The notes beneath the pieces are model-generated. The model had not been told where the DNA came from, ran no database searches, and saw nothing but the letters and a program-made list of their open reading frames with translations. A stretch of DNA of 64,000 bases from a bacterium (GTDB lineage: Bacteria > Patescibacteriota > Microgenomatia > Woykebacterales > RBG-16-39-9b): NCBI GenBank assembly GCA_030704665.1, contig JAUYID010000009.1:857702-921701 (forward strand). Direction: 5' to 3'. A program made the translations under genes and the position numbers. Position 1 is the stretch's first letter. The number at the start of each line of letters is the position of its first letter. This document shows positions 47,960 to 57,236 of this stretch, piece by piece.

Positions 47960-49912
47960 TCAAGAGAGAACCGCACGAATTCTTCTTTGCCCAGCACCTA
48001 GAGCTTCCTCTTTAACTATCTTAAATTCTCCAACCTGAGAGGTGTGCTCAACATGTGGTCCACCACAGTATTCGGTTGAGTAACCGCCAATTTCGTAGAT
48101 TGAAACCTTATCACCATATTTATCTTTAAACAAGCCAATTGCGCCTTTTTTGTCTGCTTCATAGGGTGTTATGAGCTCTTTTTTCACTTGCAAATCATCT
48201 TTAATTTTTGAATTAACAATTTCCTCTACCTTTCGAATTTGCTCGTCGGTAAGTTTTTCGCCGTGGGAGAAATCAAAACGTATTCTTTCCGGTGTAATGT
48301 TGCTTCCTGTCTGATGAACCTGTTCCCCAAGAACATCGCGGAGAGCTTGGTGAAGTAAATGGGTCGCGGTGTGACCACGCACCGTCAGATCAGAATGATC
48401 AGCTAGGCCACCTTTGAATTCTCCGGCTGAGACTCCACGCGAGACTTCTTGGTGTTTTTTAAACTCATCTTCAAAACCTTCAATATCAACAAAAAGTTTA
48501 GCGGCTTGAGCAAGCTCAACAATCATTTCAATTGGAAAACCGAAACTTTGATAGAGATCAAAACTTTCTTTTGCTTCGATTGTTGCGTTTTGGATTTCCT
48601 CCTTGGTCAAACCAAACTCTTTTTCAGTCTTGCCAGTGTTACCAGCATAAAAGTCTCGGAACAACTCTCGACGGTGTGGTAGCTTCATCACTTGACTGTA
48701 TTTAGTCTCTGTAACTGGAACTTTCTTCTCGAAAAGTTTTTTTGAATTGGCTAGGCCCTCTTCAATTGCTCGGTTAAACCTTTCGACCTCACTTTGAATC
48801 TCCTTGTGAATAACTTCTTGTTTTTCTTTTAGCTCTGGGTAGGCACTTTCATAAACCACTACCAGGTCTTTGACTAGGTCAGTGACAAGACTCTTCTTCC
48901 CTTTGATGAAATCAAGATGCCGAACTGCTCGCCTGAGCAGCTTGCGGAGAACATAACCTCGCTCAGTATTGGTTGGGACAATTCCCTCGGCGAGCAGGAA
49001 AAGACTCGCTCGAAGATGGTCGGCAATTATTCGAGCTGAGCTTTCTTCGTATTGTTTCGAATTTGCTTTAATCAGCTCGATACTTTTTTCAAATAAATCT
49101 GTTTCGTAACCACTTTTCTTCCCATTCAAAACCGCCAAGGCTCTTTCCAGACCCATGCCAGTATCAACACTTTGCATCGGCAATTTTTCTAGCGTCCCAT
49201 CCTCCCAGCGATTGTATTCCATGAACACATCATTCCAAATTTCTACCCAACGACTATCAGCGTCAACCGAACCCTCCGGACCGGAATCACCGGTCCAATA
49301 AAACATTTCCGTGTCTGGTCCACACGGACCAAACGGTTCTTTGAATTCACCACTATCTTGTTCCCTTTTAGCAGTTGGCCACCAATTGTGTTCTTTGCCA
49401 AGATAAAAAATCCTTTTTTCGGGAATTCCCAGCTCTTGCCAAACTTGAGCTGACTCCTCGTCCCTCGGTGCGTCTTTGTCCCCAGCAAAAACCGAAACGG
49501 CTAGTTTTTCGATTGGGATGCTTAGTTCTTTCGTAAGGAATTCAAAGGAAAACTCAATCGCCTCCTTTTTCCAATAGGAACCTTTGGTTCCTGCGCTTCC
49601 TTTGGAATCTAAGTCCCCGATTGACCAATTACCAAGCATTTCAAAAAAAGTATGGTGGACTAGGTCTCCGACTTCTTCAATGTCATCGGTGCGTAAACAT
49701 TTTTGACAATCGGCCAATCTTCTGGATGGTGGTTCTTTTTTCCCGCTCAAGTAAGGAATGAGAGGCTGCATTCCCGCAGAAGTAAAAAGAACTTTTTCTT
49801 TGCCTTCAAGTTGTTGGCTCTCATCTGGAACAAGGGGATAAGAGGGAATGATCTTGTGCCCCTGCTTTTCAAAAAATTTTAAGTATTTTTCACGTAGCTG
49901 CGCGGCTGTCAT
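47960..49912 (-). CDS. alaS: alanine--tRNA ligase, short form (about 650 aa; C-terminal C-Ala domain absent)
   Basis: Start MTAAQLREKYLKFFEKQGH by homology; catalytic and editing (HTATHLLH) domains present. Confidence 0.9.
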   Translation of the reverse strand: MTAAQLREKYLKFFEKQGHKIIPSYPLVPDESQQLEGKEKVLFTSAGMQPLIPYLSGKKEPPSRRLADCQKCLRTDDIEEVGDLVHHTFFEMLGNWSIGDLDSKGSAGTKGSYWKKEAIEFSFEFLTKELSIPIEKLAVSVFAGDKDAPRDEESAQVWQELGIPEKRIFYLGKEHNWWPTAKREQDSGEFKEPFGPCGPDTEMFYWTGDSGPEGSVDADSRWVEIWNDVFMEYNRWEDGTLEKLPMQSVDTGMGLERALAVLNGKKSGYETDLFEKSIELIKANSKQYEESSARIIADHLRASLFLLAEGIVPTNTERGYVLRKLLRRAVRHLDFIKGKKSLVTDLVKDLVVVYESAYPELKEKQEVIHKEIQSEVERFNRAIEEGLANSKKLFEKKVPVTETKYSQVMKLPHRRELFRDFYAGNTGKTEKEFGLTKEEIQNATIEAKESFDLYQSFGFPIEMIVELAQAAKLFVDIEGFEDEFKKHQEVSRGVSAGEFKGGLADHSDLTVRGHTATHLLHQALRDVLGEQVHQTGSNITPERIRFDFSHGEKLTDEQIRKVEEIVNSKIKDDLQVKKELITPYEADKKGAIGLFKDKYGDKVSIYEIGGYSTEYCGGPHVEHTSQVGEFKIVKEEALGAGQRRIRAVLS

Positions 49913-49962
49913 TTGGTGAATTATATGAAACCAAGGTAGTCTTTGCAATCAAGTGGGCCAAA

Positions 49963-50376
49963 CTAACTTTCTTTTTGCAGTTTTGAAGTCTTGTAAATCT
50001 CGGGTTTTAGGCCGCGAAGACGTACAATTTTTACTTCTCCTAGCCGATGCCTTCTTAAATCTCTTTTTAACTCCGCTACTGTCGGTTTCTGATCATAGCC
50101 CAAAGCTAAAATATCTATTTTGTGGCTTCTCAAAGTACGGTAAAAGTTGTGGGTTTTAGAGCCGAGGATGACCTGGTCTGCTAGTTTAAACCTTCTAATT
50201 TTTTGCGCCCGGCTTTTTTCTGAGTTCAATGGAAGTTTATTTTTGACCCGCTGAACGTGAAAGTCCCGAGCAACCACCACCAACAAGGAGTCACCCAGTT
50301 TCTTGGCTTGCTTGAGAAAACTTGCGTGTCCTGGATGGAAAACATCAAAAGTTCCAAAGATAACTACTTTTTTCAT
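49963..50376 (-). CDS. cytidylyltransferase-like nucleotidyltransferase (RibL/TagD-like)
   Basis: GTFDVFHPGH (HxGH) motif. Confidence 0.65.
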   Translation of the reverse strand: MKKVVIFGTFDVFHPGHASFLKQAKKLGDSLLVVVARDFHVQRVKNKLPLNSEKSRAQKIRRFKLADQVILGSKTHNFYRTLRSHKIDILALGYDQKPTVAELKRDLRRHRLGEVKIVRLRGLKPEIYKTSKLQKES

Positions 50377-50397
50377 TTTTATTTTGTCTTGGGAATT

Positions 50398-50592
50398 TTA
50401 CTCTTCTTTGAAGTTCGAATCTAGTTTTTCTTTTGTCTGGTCCAAAATTTTGTTTCCTTCTTTTTCCAGTTTCTTTTTAAACTCCTTGCCTTGCGGGGTG
50501 GAAAAAAACCAAGATAAACCAACTCCAAGAAGTACGCCAAATAAAAGGCCTTTGAAAATTCCGTCGGAGCGCTCTTCAGAATCTTTACTCAT
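50398..50592 (-). CDS. small YtxH-like membrane-associated protein
   Basis: 64 aa; one TM plus a charged helix. Confidence 0.35.
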   Translation of the reverse strand: MSKDSEERSDGIFKGLLFGVLLGVGLSWFFSTPQGKEFKKKLEKEGNKILDQTKEKLDSNFKEE

Positions 50593-50872
50593 CTTTTTTT
50601 CCTTTTGAATCCTTGCTAAAACTTTTTTTGAAGGCTAGTGCAAGACTGAGAAAATCTTTGGCAAGACTGACATACTCCGAGGCAGAAAAGGTTGGTCGAA
50701 AGATTTTGTTTTCCAAAAAACTCACCATTGCTTCGGCTCGGGAGAGAACATTGCGAATTTTTCTGACTCCTTGGTGAATTTCGTAGAGAATAAAAATAAT
50801 GAGGACGCCAATGCCAATGAGAACCAGCCCAACCGAAATGTAGACGATTTGTAAAAAAGAGGCAGTATCCAT
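50585..50872 (-). CDS. small membrane protein, hypothetical
   Basis: 95 aa, N-terminal TM. Confidence 0.35.
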   Translation of the reverse strand: MDTASFLQIVYISVGLVLIGIGVLIIFILYEIHQGVRKIRNVLSRAEAMVSFLENKIFRPTFSASEYVSLAKDFLSLALAFKKSFSKDSKGKKDE

Positions 50873-50924
50873 GATTTTTTAGCTAGGTTTTGACAATATC
50901 ACAGTTTATTTTTCGGAGCAAGAG

Positions 50925-51812
50925 CTAGGGGAAGCTTTTTTCGATCGTTTCCCCTTCTTTACCCAAAATTGACTCTTTCCCCTCAAAGGTAGTTGTAGTT
51001 GAGCCGGCGTTGTGACTGATTAAGCGTATTCTTCTTTCGGCCTGAAAGACTCTTTCCGCCCCAGAGGCCAAAACCCCTTCAAAGGAAATTTTGCCGTCAA
51101 CCTCAGCACTGATACTGACTGCGTTTGGTCCAATTTTTATTTTCAGCTCAACTTTTGTTTTTGGGGGCGGTTCATTTTCAGTTTTTGGACTAACTACTAG
51201 CGTTCGCTTTTCAGTAGAAATTTTTCCAAAACGATTGGCGGCAGTGACAGTGATCGTGTTGACCCCTTCCGGGAGACTAACCGCAACTGAAAAACTTCCA
51301 CCTGGATCAAGCTGCACTTCCTGACCGTTAATTTTCAAAATCGCGTCAGGCCAGGTGCGACCAACTACATTGGCTTGATCTCCTTGGATTTTCGTATTGT
51401 CCTTTGGTTCTACGACCTCTAGAAAAGGTGTGCCAGTGAAGCTTCGATACTGAACAAAGAGATAACCGAGGACGAGACTCATCACGACAAGGGCGACAAA
51501 ACCAGTCACCCAACGAGGAGTCAGACGGAAGCTGGAGGGGTTTTTCAGGATCGTTCGGCGAGGTAGGACAACTTTCTTCTCGTCAAACTCACGGCGGTAG
51601 AAAGCGAGGACATCCTCAGCCGAGATCCCAAGAAATTTTCCATAATTTTTAAGTAAACCTCTGACGAAAATCGGCGAGGGAAGGGCTTGCCAAACCCCCT
51701 CCTCAAGAAGAAGTAGAGTTTTTTTGCGAATCTTGGTGGCTTGTTCGACGTCTTCAAGGCTCAAGCCCTTGTTTTTTCTGGCTTCCGAAAGGATTTGTCC
51801 TACCCGTTTCAC
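50925..51812 (-). CDS. rodZ: RodZ-like cytoskeleton protein (HTH plus TM plus C-terminal Ig-like domain)
   Basis: GTG start; HTH (LSLEDVEQATKIRKKTL); TM; beta-rich C-terminus. Confidence 0.7.
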   Translation of the reverse strand: MKRVGQILSEARKNKGLSLEDVEQATKIRKKTLLLLEEGVWQALPSPIFVRGLLKNYGKFLGISAEDVLAFYRREFDEKKVVLPRRTILKNPSSFRLTPRWVTGFVALVVMSLVLGYLFVQYRSFTGTPFLEVVEPKDNTKIQGDQANVVGRTWPDAILKINGQEVQLDPGGSFSVAVSLPEGVNTITVTAANRFGKISTEKRTLVVSPKTENEPPPKTKVELKIKIGPNAVSISAEVDGKISFEGVLASGAERVFQAERRIRLISHNAGSTTTTFEGKESILGKEGETIEKSFP

Positions 51813-51841
51813 GATTTTACTTTCCCAAAAGTAAGAGCAGT

Positions 51842-51892
51842 ATCGCGCGCATAATAAATTTTTAGTTTTTCAAAAACAAGCCTTAGCGCGAT
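51842..51892 (-). repeat. intercistronic element copy E (ftsK-rodZ gap), arms ATCGCGC/GCGCGAT
   Basis: ATCGCGCTAAGGCTTGTTTTTGAAAAACTAAAAATTTATTATGCGCGCGAT; no in-frame ATG start in this copy. Confidence 0.55.
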
Positions 51893-51926
51893 ATAAACTT
51901 TTTTTAATATATTAGCTTAGTTGCTT

Positions 51927-54038
51927 CTACGCTTCTTGTCCTTCCCCCCCTCCAAGGACCCGGGCAGGATCTTTGACGAGCACATCTCGAGCTTTTGATC
52001 CGTCTTGACTGCCAACCACTCCAGCAGCTTCCAGTTCGTCCAAAATCCGAGCTGCCCGAGCGTAACCAACCGAGAGTTTTCTTTGCAAAAGCGAAGCACT
52101 AGCACGATCAAATTGGCAAACTATCCGAACCGCTTCTTCAAAAAGTTCGTCTTGGGAGCCTCCCCCGTTTCCAACTCTTCCAGCTCTAGCATTGACGGGC
52201 ATAGTGGTTACTTCTTCAGTATACTGCGGTTCAACTCCAGATTTTTTCAAAAACTCGATCAGCTTGTTGGTTTCCGGTTCGGAAACAAAAACTCCTTGGA
52301 TACGTTGCGGTTTTGAAGCGTCTGGGGGAACATAAAGCATGTCTCCTCGGCCGAGAAGTTTATCGGCCCCAACTTGGTCAATGATGACACGAGAATCGAC
52401 CTGAGAAGCAACGTTGAAAGCAATACGCGCTGGGATATTAGCCTTGATCAGACCGGTAATAACATCAACACTAGGTCGCTGGGTGGCCAAAATCATATGA
52501 ATCCCTGTCGCTCGACTCATTTGGGCTAAACGAGTAATCGCGTCTTCGACTTCGACCGGAGCAAAGAGCATCAAGTCAGCGAGCTCATCGATAATAATGA
52601 TGATGTAAGGCAGGGCCTGAAAACCACTCATCTCGTTGAAAGAATCGATGTTGCGTGCTCCGACTTCAGCAAATTTTTTGTACCTTTTTTCCATTTCCGT
52701 GACCGCCCATTTTAGTGCAGAAATGACTTTTTCTGCTTCGGTGATAACCGGGGTAAGAAGGTGGGGAATTCCGTTCCAGCCCGAAAGCTCAACTATCTTC
52801 GGGTCCACTAGAATTAATTTAACCTCGGATGGCGTTGCCCGAAAAAGTAAGGTGGCAATAAAAGCATTTATGGCGACACTTTTTCCTGATCCGGTCGAGC
52901 CGGCGATAAGAACGTGCGGCATTCTTGCTAAGTCTGTCACCAAGGGACTGCCAGAAACATCGAGCCCCAAAGCAAGACTAATCTTTGATTTTGCCTTCTG
53001 CATTGAACCAGAAACCAAAACTGATTTGAGAGGAACTGTTTCCGGAGTGATGTTGGGAACTTCAATACCTACCAAGGATTTTCCCGGAATCGGGGCTTCA
53101 ATTCGCACTGTTCCGGTCGGGGCGGCTAGTCCAAGAGCAATGTCGTTGGCTAGTGAAGTAATTTTAGTCAGTTTGGTTCCCAGCGCAATTTCGAGTGCGT
53201 ACTGAGTCACCGCCGGTCCCATGTTGACTTCAACTACGCGTGCCTGAATACCAAAACTTTCGAGCGTTTTCTCAATGACAGCGGCACTGTTTTTTATATC
53301 CCCACGAACTGCTTTCGAACCAATCGTTTCTGAAAGCATGTCGAGCGGGGGGTATTCCCAAACTTGGTTCTCCGCTGGCAGATTGCTCACCATCGCTGTA
53401 GTCAAAGCAGTTGGATCGACTGGATCTTTTTCTTTACTTTCGTCCATACCCTTGGTCTTAAAGGGCAACCTTTCGTCTTTTGGCTCTTTGTTTCTTAACT
53501 CCGCAATTTTACTGTAAGCATTTTTACTACCAGCAAAGCCAAGCCCAAAAGCTTGCCCCAAAAGTTCAAAAGTCCTCTCCAGCGAGGTATTAAAGATAAC
53601 GACAAAGGAAGCAATACTCAGAACGAGAAAAGTAAACCCAGCTCCGAGACTAGATAAAAAAGTAGCGGTGAAGTTAAAGAGATAGCGACCAACTATTCCA
53701 GCCGCTGAAGGAAAAAACCAAGCCGTAAGCGCGTCTAAGCAAATAATAAAACCGGCCAGTCCTGCGGCAGTGTTGGCTGAAACGAAACTCCAGCGAGCCT
53801 TGAGAGCAAGTAGTGCAGCTTCCGCCATGGCAAAGGGAACCAAAAAGGTCAGCCAACCAAAATAATCAAACAGTTTTAATTTAACTATCTCGGCTAGCCC
53901 GGGACCACCAAAAAATGCTAGTAAACTTAGAATTGAAGCCAGTAGCAAAAAGAGTCCAGCCACTGTCTGGGCGGTTTTTTTCTTTATCTTTAATTTAAAT
54001 GGAGAACGAGAGCCGTAGCGGCGTGAACGATAAGCCAT
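51927..54038 (-). CDS. ftsK: DNA translocase FtsK/SpoIIIE
   Basis: 703 aa; N-terminal TM segments, Walker A GSTGSGKS, C-terminal winged-helix gamma domain. Confidence 0.9.
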   Translation of the reverse strand: MAYRSRRYGSRSPFKLKIKKKTAQTVAGLFLLLASILSLLAFFGGPGLAEIVKLKLFDYFGWLTFLVPFAMAEAALLALKARWSFVSANTAAGLAGFIICLDALTAWFFPSAAGIVGRYLFNFTATFLSSLGAGFTFLVLSIASFVVIFNTSLERTFELLGQAFGLGFAGSKNAYSKIAELRNKEPKDERLPFKTKGMDESKEKDPVDPTALTTAMVSNLPAENQVWEYPPLDMLSETIGSKAVRGDIKNSAAVIEKTLESFGIQARVVEVNMGPAVTQYALEIALGTKLTKITSLANDIALGLAAPTGTVRIEAPIPGKSLVGIEVPNITPETVPLKSVLVSGSMQKAKSKISLALGLDVSGSPLVTDLARMPHVLIAGSTGSGKSVAINAFIATLLFRATPSEVKLILVDPKIVELSGWNGIPHLLTPVITEAEKVISALKWAVTEMEKRYKKFAEVGARNIDSFNEMSGFQALPYIIIIIDELADLMLFAPVEVEDAITRLAQMSRATGIHMILATQRPSVDVITGLIKANIPARIAFNVASQVDSRVIIDQVGADKLLGRGDMLYVPPDASKPQRIQGVFVSEPETNKLIEFLKKSGVEPQYTEEVTTMPVNARAGRVGNGGGSQDELFEEAVRIVCQFDRASASLLQRKLSVGYARAARILDELEAAGVVGSQDGSKARDVLVKDPARVLGGGEGQEA

Positions 54039-54139
54039 TTAGAGTAATTCTCGCATATCACCTGCTCGAATTCAATCTAGGCAAGCAGGAGTTTTAATGT
54101 AGCAAAAAATACTAAGAAAGTCAACTACTATGGGGTAAA

Positions 54140-54592
54140 TTACTGTTGTTCGTTAAAGACTCTTTTGGCTTCTTCGCGCAGAGTTCCTTTTCTCAAAATA
54201 AAACCCTCAGGCACCAGTTCTTCAATTCCCATATGCCAATGGGAGGAATCACTGAAGCTATCGAAAGAGTCCTGCCGACTCATAGCAATAACTACCTCGT
54301 TAATTCGTGACCAGAGAAGGGCGCCAACGCACATCATGCACGGCTCACAACTGGCGTAAAGAATGCAGCCGTTTAGTCTGCGGGATTTCAACGTTTTGGA
54401 GGCTTTGCTGATTGCCAAAGTTTCGGCGTGCTGAGTCGGATCTTCCTTTTCATGAGTAGTGGTATGGGCTTTGGCAAGAATTTTGCCGTCTTTGACGATA
54501 ACCGCGCCAAATCTTTTTGGTCCTTTAGTCTTCTTTGACTCCTCGATAGCCAAAGTCATAAACTTTTCGTCTTGATTATTTTTGTTTAACAA
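54140..54592 (-). CDS. tadA: tRNA-specific adenosine deaminase
   Basis: HAE...PCxxC (CEPCMMC) deaminase motif. Confidence 0.85.
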   Translation of the reverse strand: MLNKNNQDEKFMTLAIEESKKTKGPKRFGAVIVKDGKILAKAHTTTHEKEDPTQHAETLAISKASKTLKSRRLNGCILYASCEPCMMCVGALLWSRINEVVIAMSRQDSFDSFSDSSHWHMGIEELVPEGFILRKGTLREEAKRVFNEQQ

Positions 54593-54806
54593 TTTTAGAA
54601 ACTAATTTTGCTGATAAAAGTATGGGTAACAGAAAGAAAATTAGACTTAAAATTTCTATCAAGACCCCTATCCTACTAGTTGGCCCAGTACCAATACAAT
54701 TGACACCGTCAAGCTCACAAACAAATTTTAGAAGAAACAAACCTAGTAAAACCTCGAAGAGGATCGTGGAGGCTACAACAATACTAGCAATTAAGTACTT
54801 CTTCAC
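54576..54806 (-). CDS. small membrane protein, hypothetical
   Basis: 76 aa, two TM. Confidence 0.3.
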   Translation of the reverse strand: MKKYLIASIVVASTILFEVLLGLFLLKFVCELDGVNCIGTGPTSRIGVLIEILSLIFFLLPILLSAKLVSKIVKQK

Positions 54807-54808
54807 AG

Positions 54809-56578
54809 TTAAACATTAACAATAACAGGTAGCACCATCGGGCGGCGCTTGGTTTTTTGATAGAGGAAGCGCTCAAGATCATTCGTCACTTTTTCTCGGA
54901 CCGCAAGCCAGTTTTTCACTTTTTTCTGATCTTTATTTCCGTTCAGGGATTTTTTAACCACTTCGGTGGCTTCTTTGATCAAGCTTTCTGACTCTTTCAT
55001 GTAAACAAAGCCACGGCTGACAAGGTCTGGCTCACCAATAAGTTCATTGTGAGCTTTTTTCATGGTAATGATGACGACGACAATACCTTCTTCAGCCAGA
55101 ACTTTTCTATCCCGTAAAACGATTTGGCCGACATCGCCCACACCAATCCCGTCAACAAAGATCGCTTCCGTGTTGATATCCCCGGCGGTGTGGACTCCGG
55201 CGTGATCAAATTCGATGACTTCCCCCTCATCAAGAAGAAAAATGTTCTGATGGGGAACTCCGGCCTCTTCCGCTAGAATCGCGTACTGACGCATTTGTCT
55301 TTGCATCGCTGAGATGGGAACGACAAATTTTGGTTTGGTCAGGGAGAGCATCAGGAGTAGTTCTGCCTGCGCACCGTGACCGGAAACGTGAAAGTCTGAG
55401 GTAATGTCTGAATATTTAACATCTGCCCCCAACCGGGACAAATTGTCAATCATGTCATAGACTGCATCTTGGTTGCCCGGAATCGGGTCAGCTGAGAAAA
55501 TGACTTCATCACCGTCTTTAATAGAGATATAAGAGTGGTCCCCATTGGCAATACGGTTCAGAGCTGAACCAGGCTGTCCTTGAGAACCGGCAACTACAAT
55601 TGTCAGTTGTTTGTCCGGGATTCGATCCATGTCCTCCTGTTTAACAAAAATTTCCTTGGGAATTGAAAGGTAACCTAGCTCAAGGGCGGTCTGAACATTT
55701 TGATCCATTGACCGACCAACGATAACTACTTTGCGACCAAATTTTACTGAAGCGTTGATAGCTTGCTGTAGTCTAGAGATGTTGGAAGCAAAGGTTGTAA
55801 TAAAAACCCGACCGTGGGCTTTGCTCATCGCCTCTTCAAAGCGGTCTTGGATTGCCAATTCAGAAAGCGTGTTACCTGGTTTTTCACTGCGCAAACAATC
55901 ACTCATCAAGGCAAGGACTCCACTCGCACCTTTTTCACTCAAAAAGTCAGCATCAGTAGTTTTGCCATCAACCGGAGTCCAGTCGAATTTATAGTCTCCG
56001 GTGTGAATCGTCGTTCCAACTGGGGTAGTAAGAGCATAGCCAACCGAATCCGGAATTGAGTGGCTGACTCGAAAAGCTTCAATTTTGAAAGCTCCGAGCT
56101 GAAAGCTTTGCCGGGGCTCAATACGGTTCAGCTTGGTAAAGTTGAGTTTGTTCTGCTCTTTAAGCTTGGCCTCGATCATCCCAATCGTAAGCTTAGTTCC
56201 AAAAATTGGGGTTGAAAGCTGGTCAATCAAATAAGGCAAAGCTCCGATATGATCTTCGTGTCCATGGGTAATGAGAATACCGCGAATTTTCTTTAAACGA
56301 TCTTTCAGATACGTAATATCTGGAATAACCATATCAACTCCGTACATTAGCTCAGAGGGAAAACCCATACCGCAGTCAACAATAACAATATCGTCGTTGT
56401 ACTCGTACACATACATGTTTTTGGTGACCTGTCCGTTTCCTCCCAAAGGAATGAAACGCAACTTTCCAGGTTGAAAGGAATGAACTTTATCTACTTTCTC
56501 TTTTTGCTGAGGTTGATGTTGATTACCTCGGTTTTGGTGTTTTGGATAAAACTTTTTGTTTTTTGGATTTTTGCTCAT
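54809..56578 (-). CDS. rnj: ribonuclease J
   Basis: 589 aa; metallo-beta-lactamase HGHEDHIG plus beta-CASP. Confidence 0.9.
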   Translation of the reverse strand: MSKNPKNKKFYPKHQNRGNQHQPQQKEKVDKVHSFQPGKLRFIPLGGNGQVTKNMYVYEYNDDIVIVDCGMGFPSELMYGVDMVIPDITYLKDRLKKIRGILITHGHEDHIGALPYLIDQLSTPIFGTKLTIGMIEAKLKEQNKLNFTKLNRIEPRQSFQLGAFKIEAFRVSHSIPDSVGYALTTPVGTTIHTGDYKFDWTPVDGKTTDADFLSEKGASGVLALMSDCLRSEKPGNTLSELAIQDRFEEAMSKAHGRVFITTFASNISRLQQAINASVKFGRKVVIVGRSMDQNVQTALELGYLSIPKEIFVKQEDMDRIPDKQLTIVVAGSQGQPGSALNRIANGDHSYISIKDGDEVIFSADPIPGNQDAVYDMIDNLSRLGADVKYSDITSDFHVSGHGAQAELLLMLSLTKPKFVVPISAMQRQMRQYAILAEEAGVPHQNIFLLDEGEVIEFDHAGVHTAGDINTEAIFVDGIGVGDVGQIVLRDRKVLAEEGIVVVIITMKKAHNELIGEPDLVSRGFVYMKESESLIKEATEVVKKSLNGNKDQKKVKNWLAVREKVTNDLERFLYQKTKRRPMVLPVIVNV

Positions 56579-56584
56579 AATTTT

Positions 56585-57205
56585 TTAGAAAAGTCCCATT
56601 TGAGGGTCTGACTCATCCGTTTCCGGTTTATTTAATTCTAACCCATGATCAGGGTCTTTGAGAACTTCGGAGTTGTCATGAAAATCTTTTTTAAAAGCTT
56701 CCATCAAGCCAGTTGAGCGTAAAGCCGCTGCCGGGTGGTACATAGGCAAAACCACTTGGTTACCAGCCCGAACTACTTGACCATGGACAAAACTAATCTT
56801 TGCGCTGGGCAAATAGCGGGCCAAAGAATACCTTCCCAAAGTAACAATGAGCTTTGGCCGTATTATCTCTACTTGCTGGTCTAGCCAGAGCCGGCAAGCT
56901 GAAATTTCCGCCGGTAGGGGGTCTCTGTTTTCCGGCGGCCGGTGTTTAACGACGTTGCCAATGAAAACTTCCTCCCGTTTCATCCCGATTTCTCCCAAAA
57001 CTTGGTTTAACAATATTCCTGCTCGTCCAACAAAAGGGCGGCCCTGCTGGTCTTCGTAAAAACCCGGCCCCTCACCAATGAAAACAACCTTCGCCTCTGG
57101 ATTGCCTTCCCCGGGAACCGCATGGGTCGTGCCTTTCCAAAGTTCACAACGCTGACAAACTTCAATCTTTTTTGCAATATCAGCTAAGAGAGCTGTTTTG
57201 TCCAT
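56585..57205 (-). CDS. udg: family 4 uracil-DNA glycosylase
   Basis: GEGPG motif, Fe-S cysteines, conserved FVGRAG. Confidence 0.85.
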   Translation of the reverse strand: MDKTALLADIAKKIEVCQRCELWKGTTHAVPGEGNPEAKVVFIGEGPGFYEDQQGRPFVGRAGILLNQVLGEIGMKREEVFIGNVVKHRPPENRDPLPAEISACRLWLDQQVEIIRPKLIVTLGRYSLARYLPSAKISFVHGQVVRAGNQVVLPMYHPAAALRSTGLMEAFKKDFHDNSEVLKDPDHGLELNKPETDESDPQMGLF

Positions 57206-57236
57206 CTCTTCGGGCTTAATACCAATCAGAAAGTGG

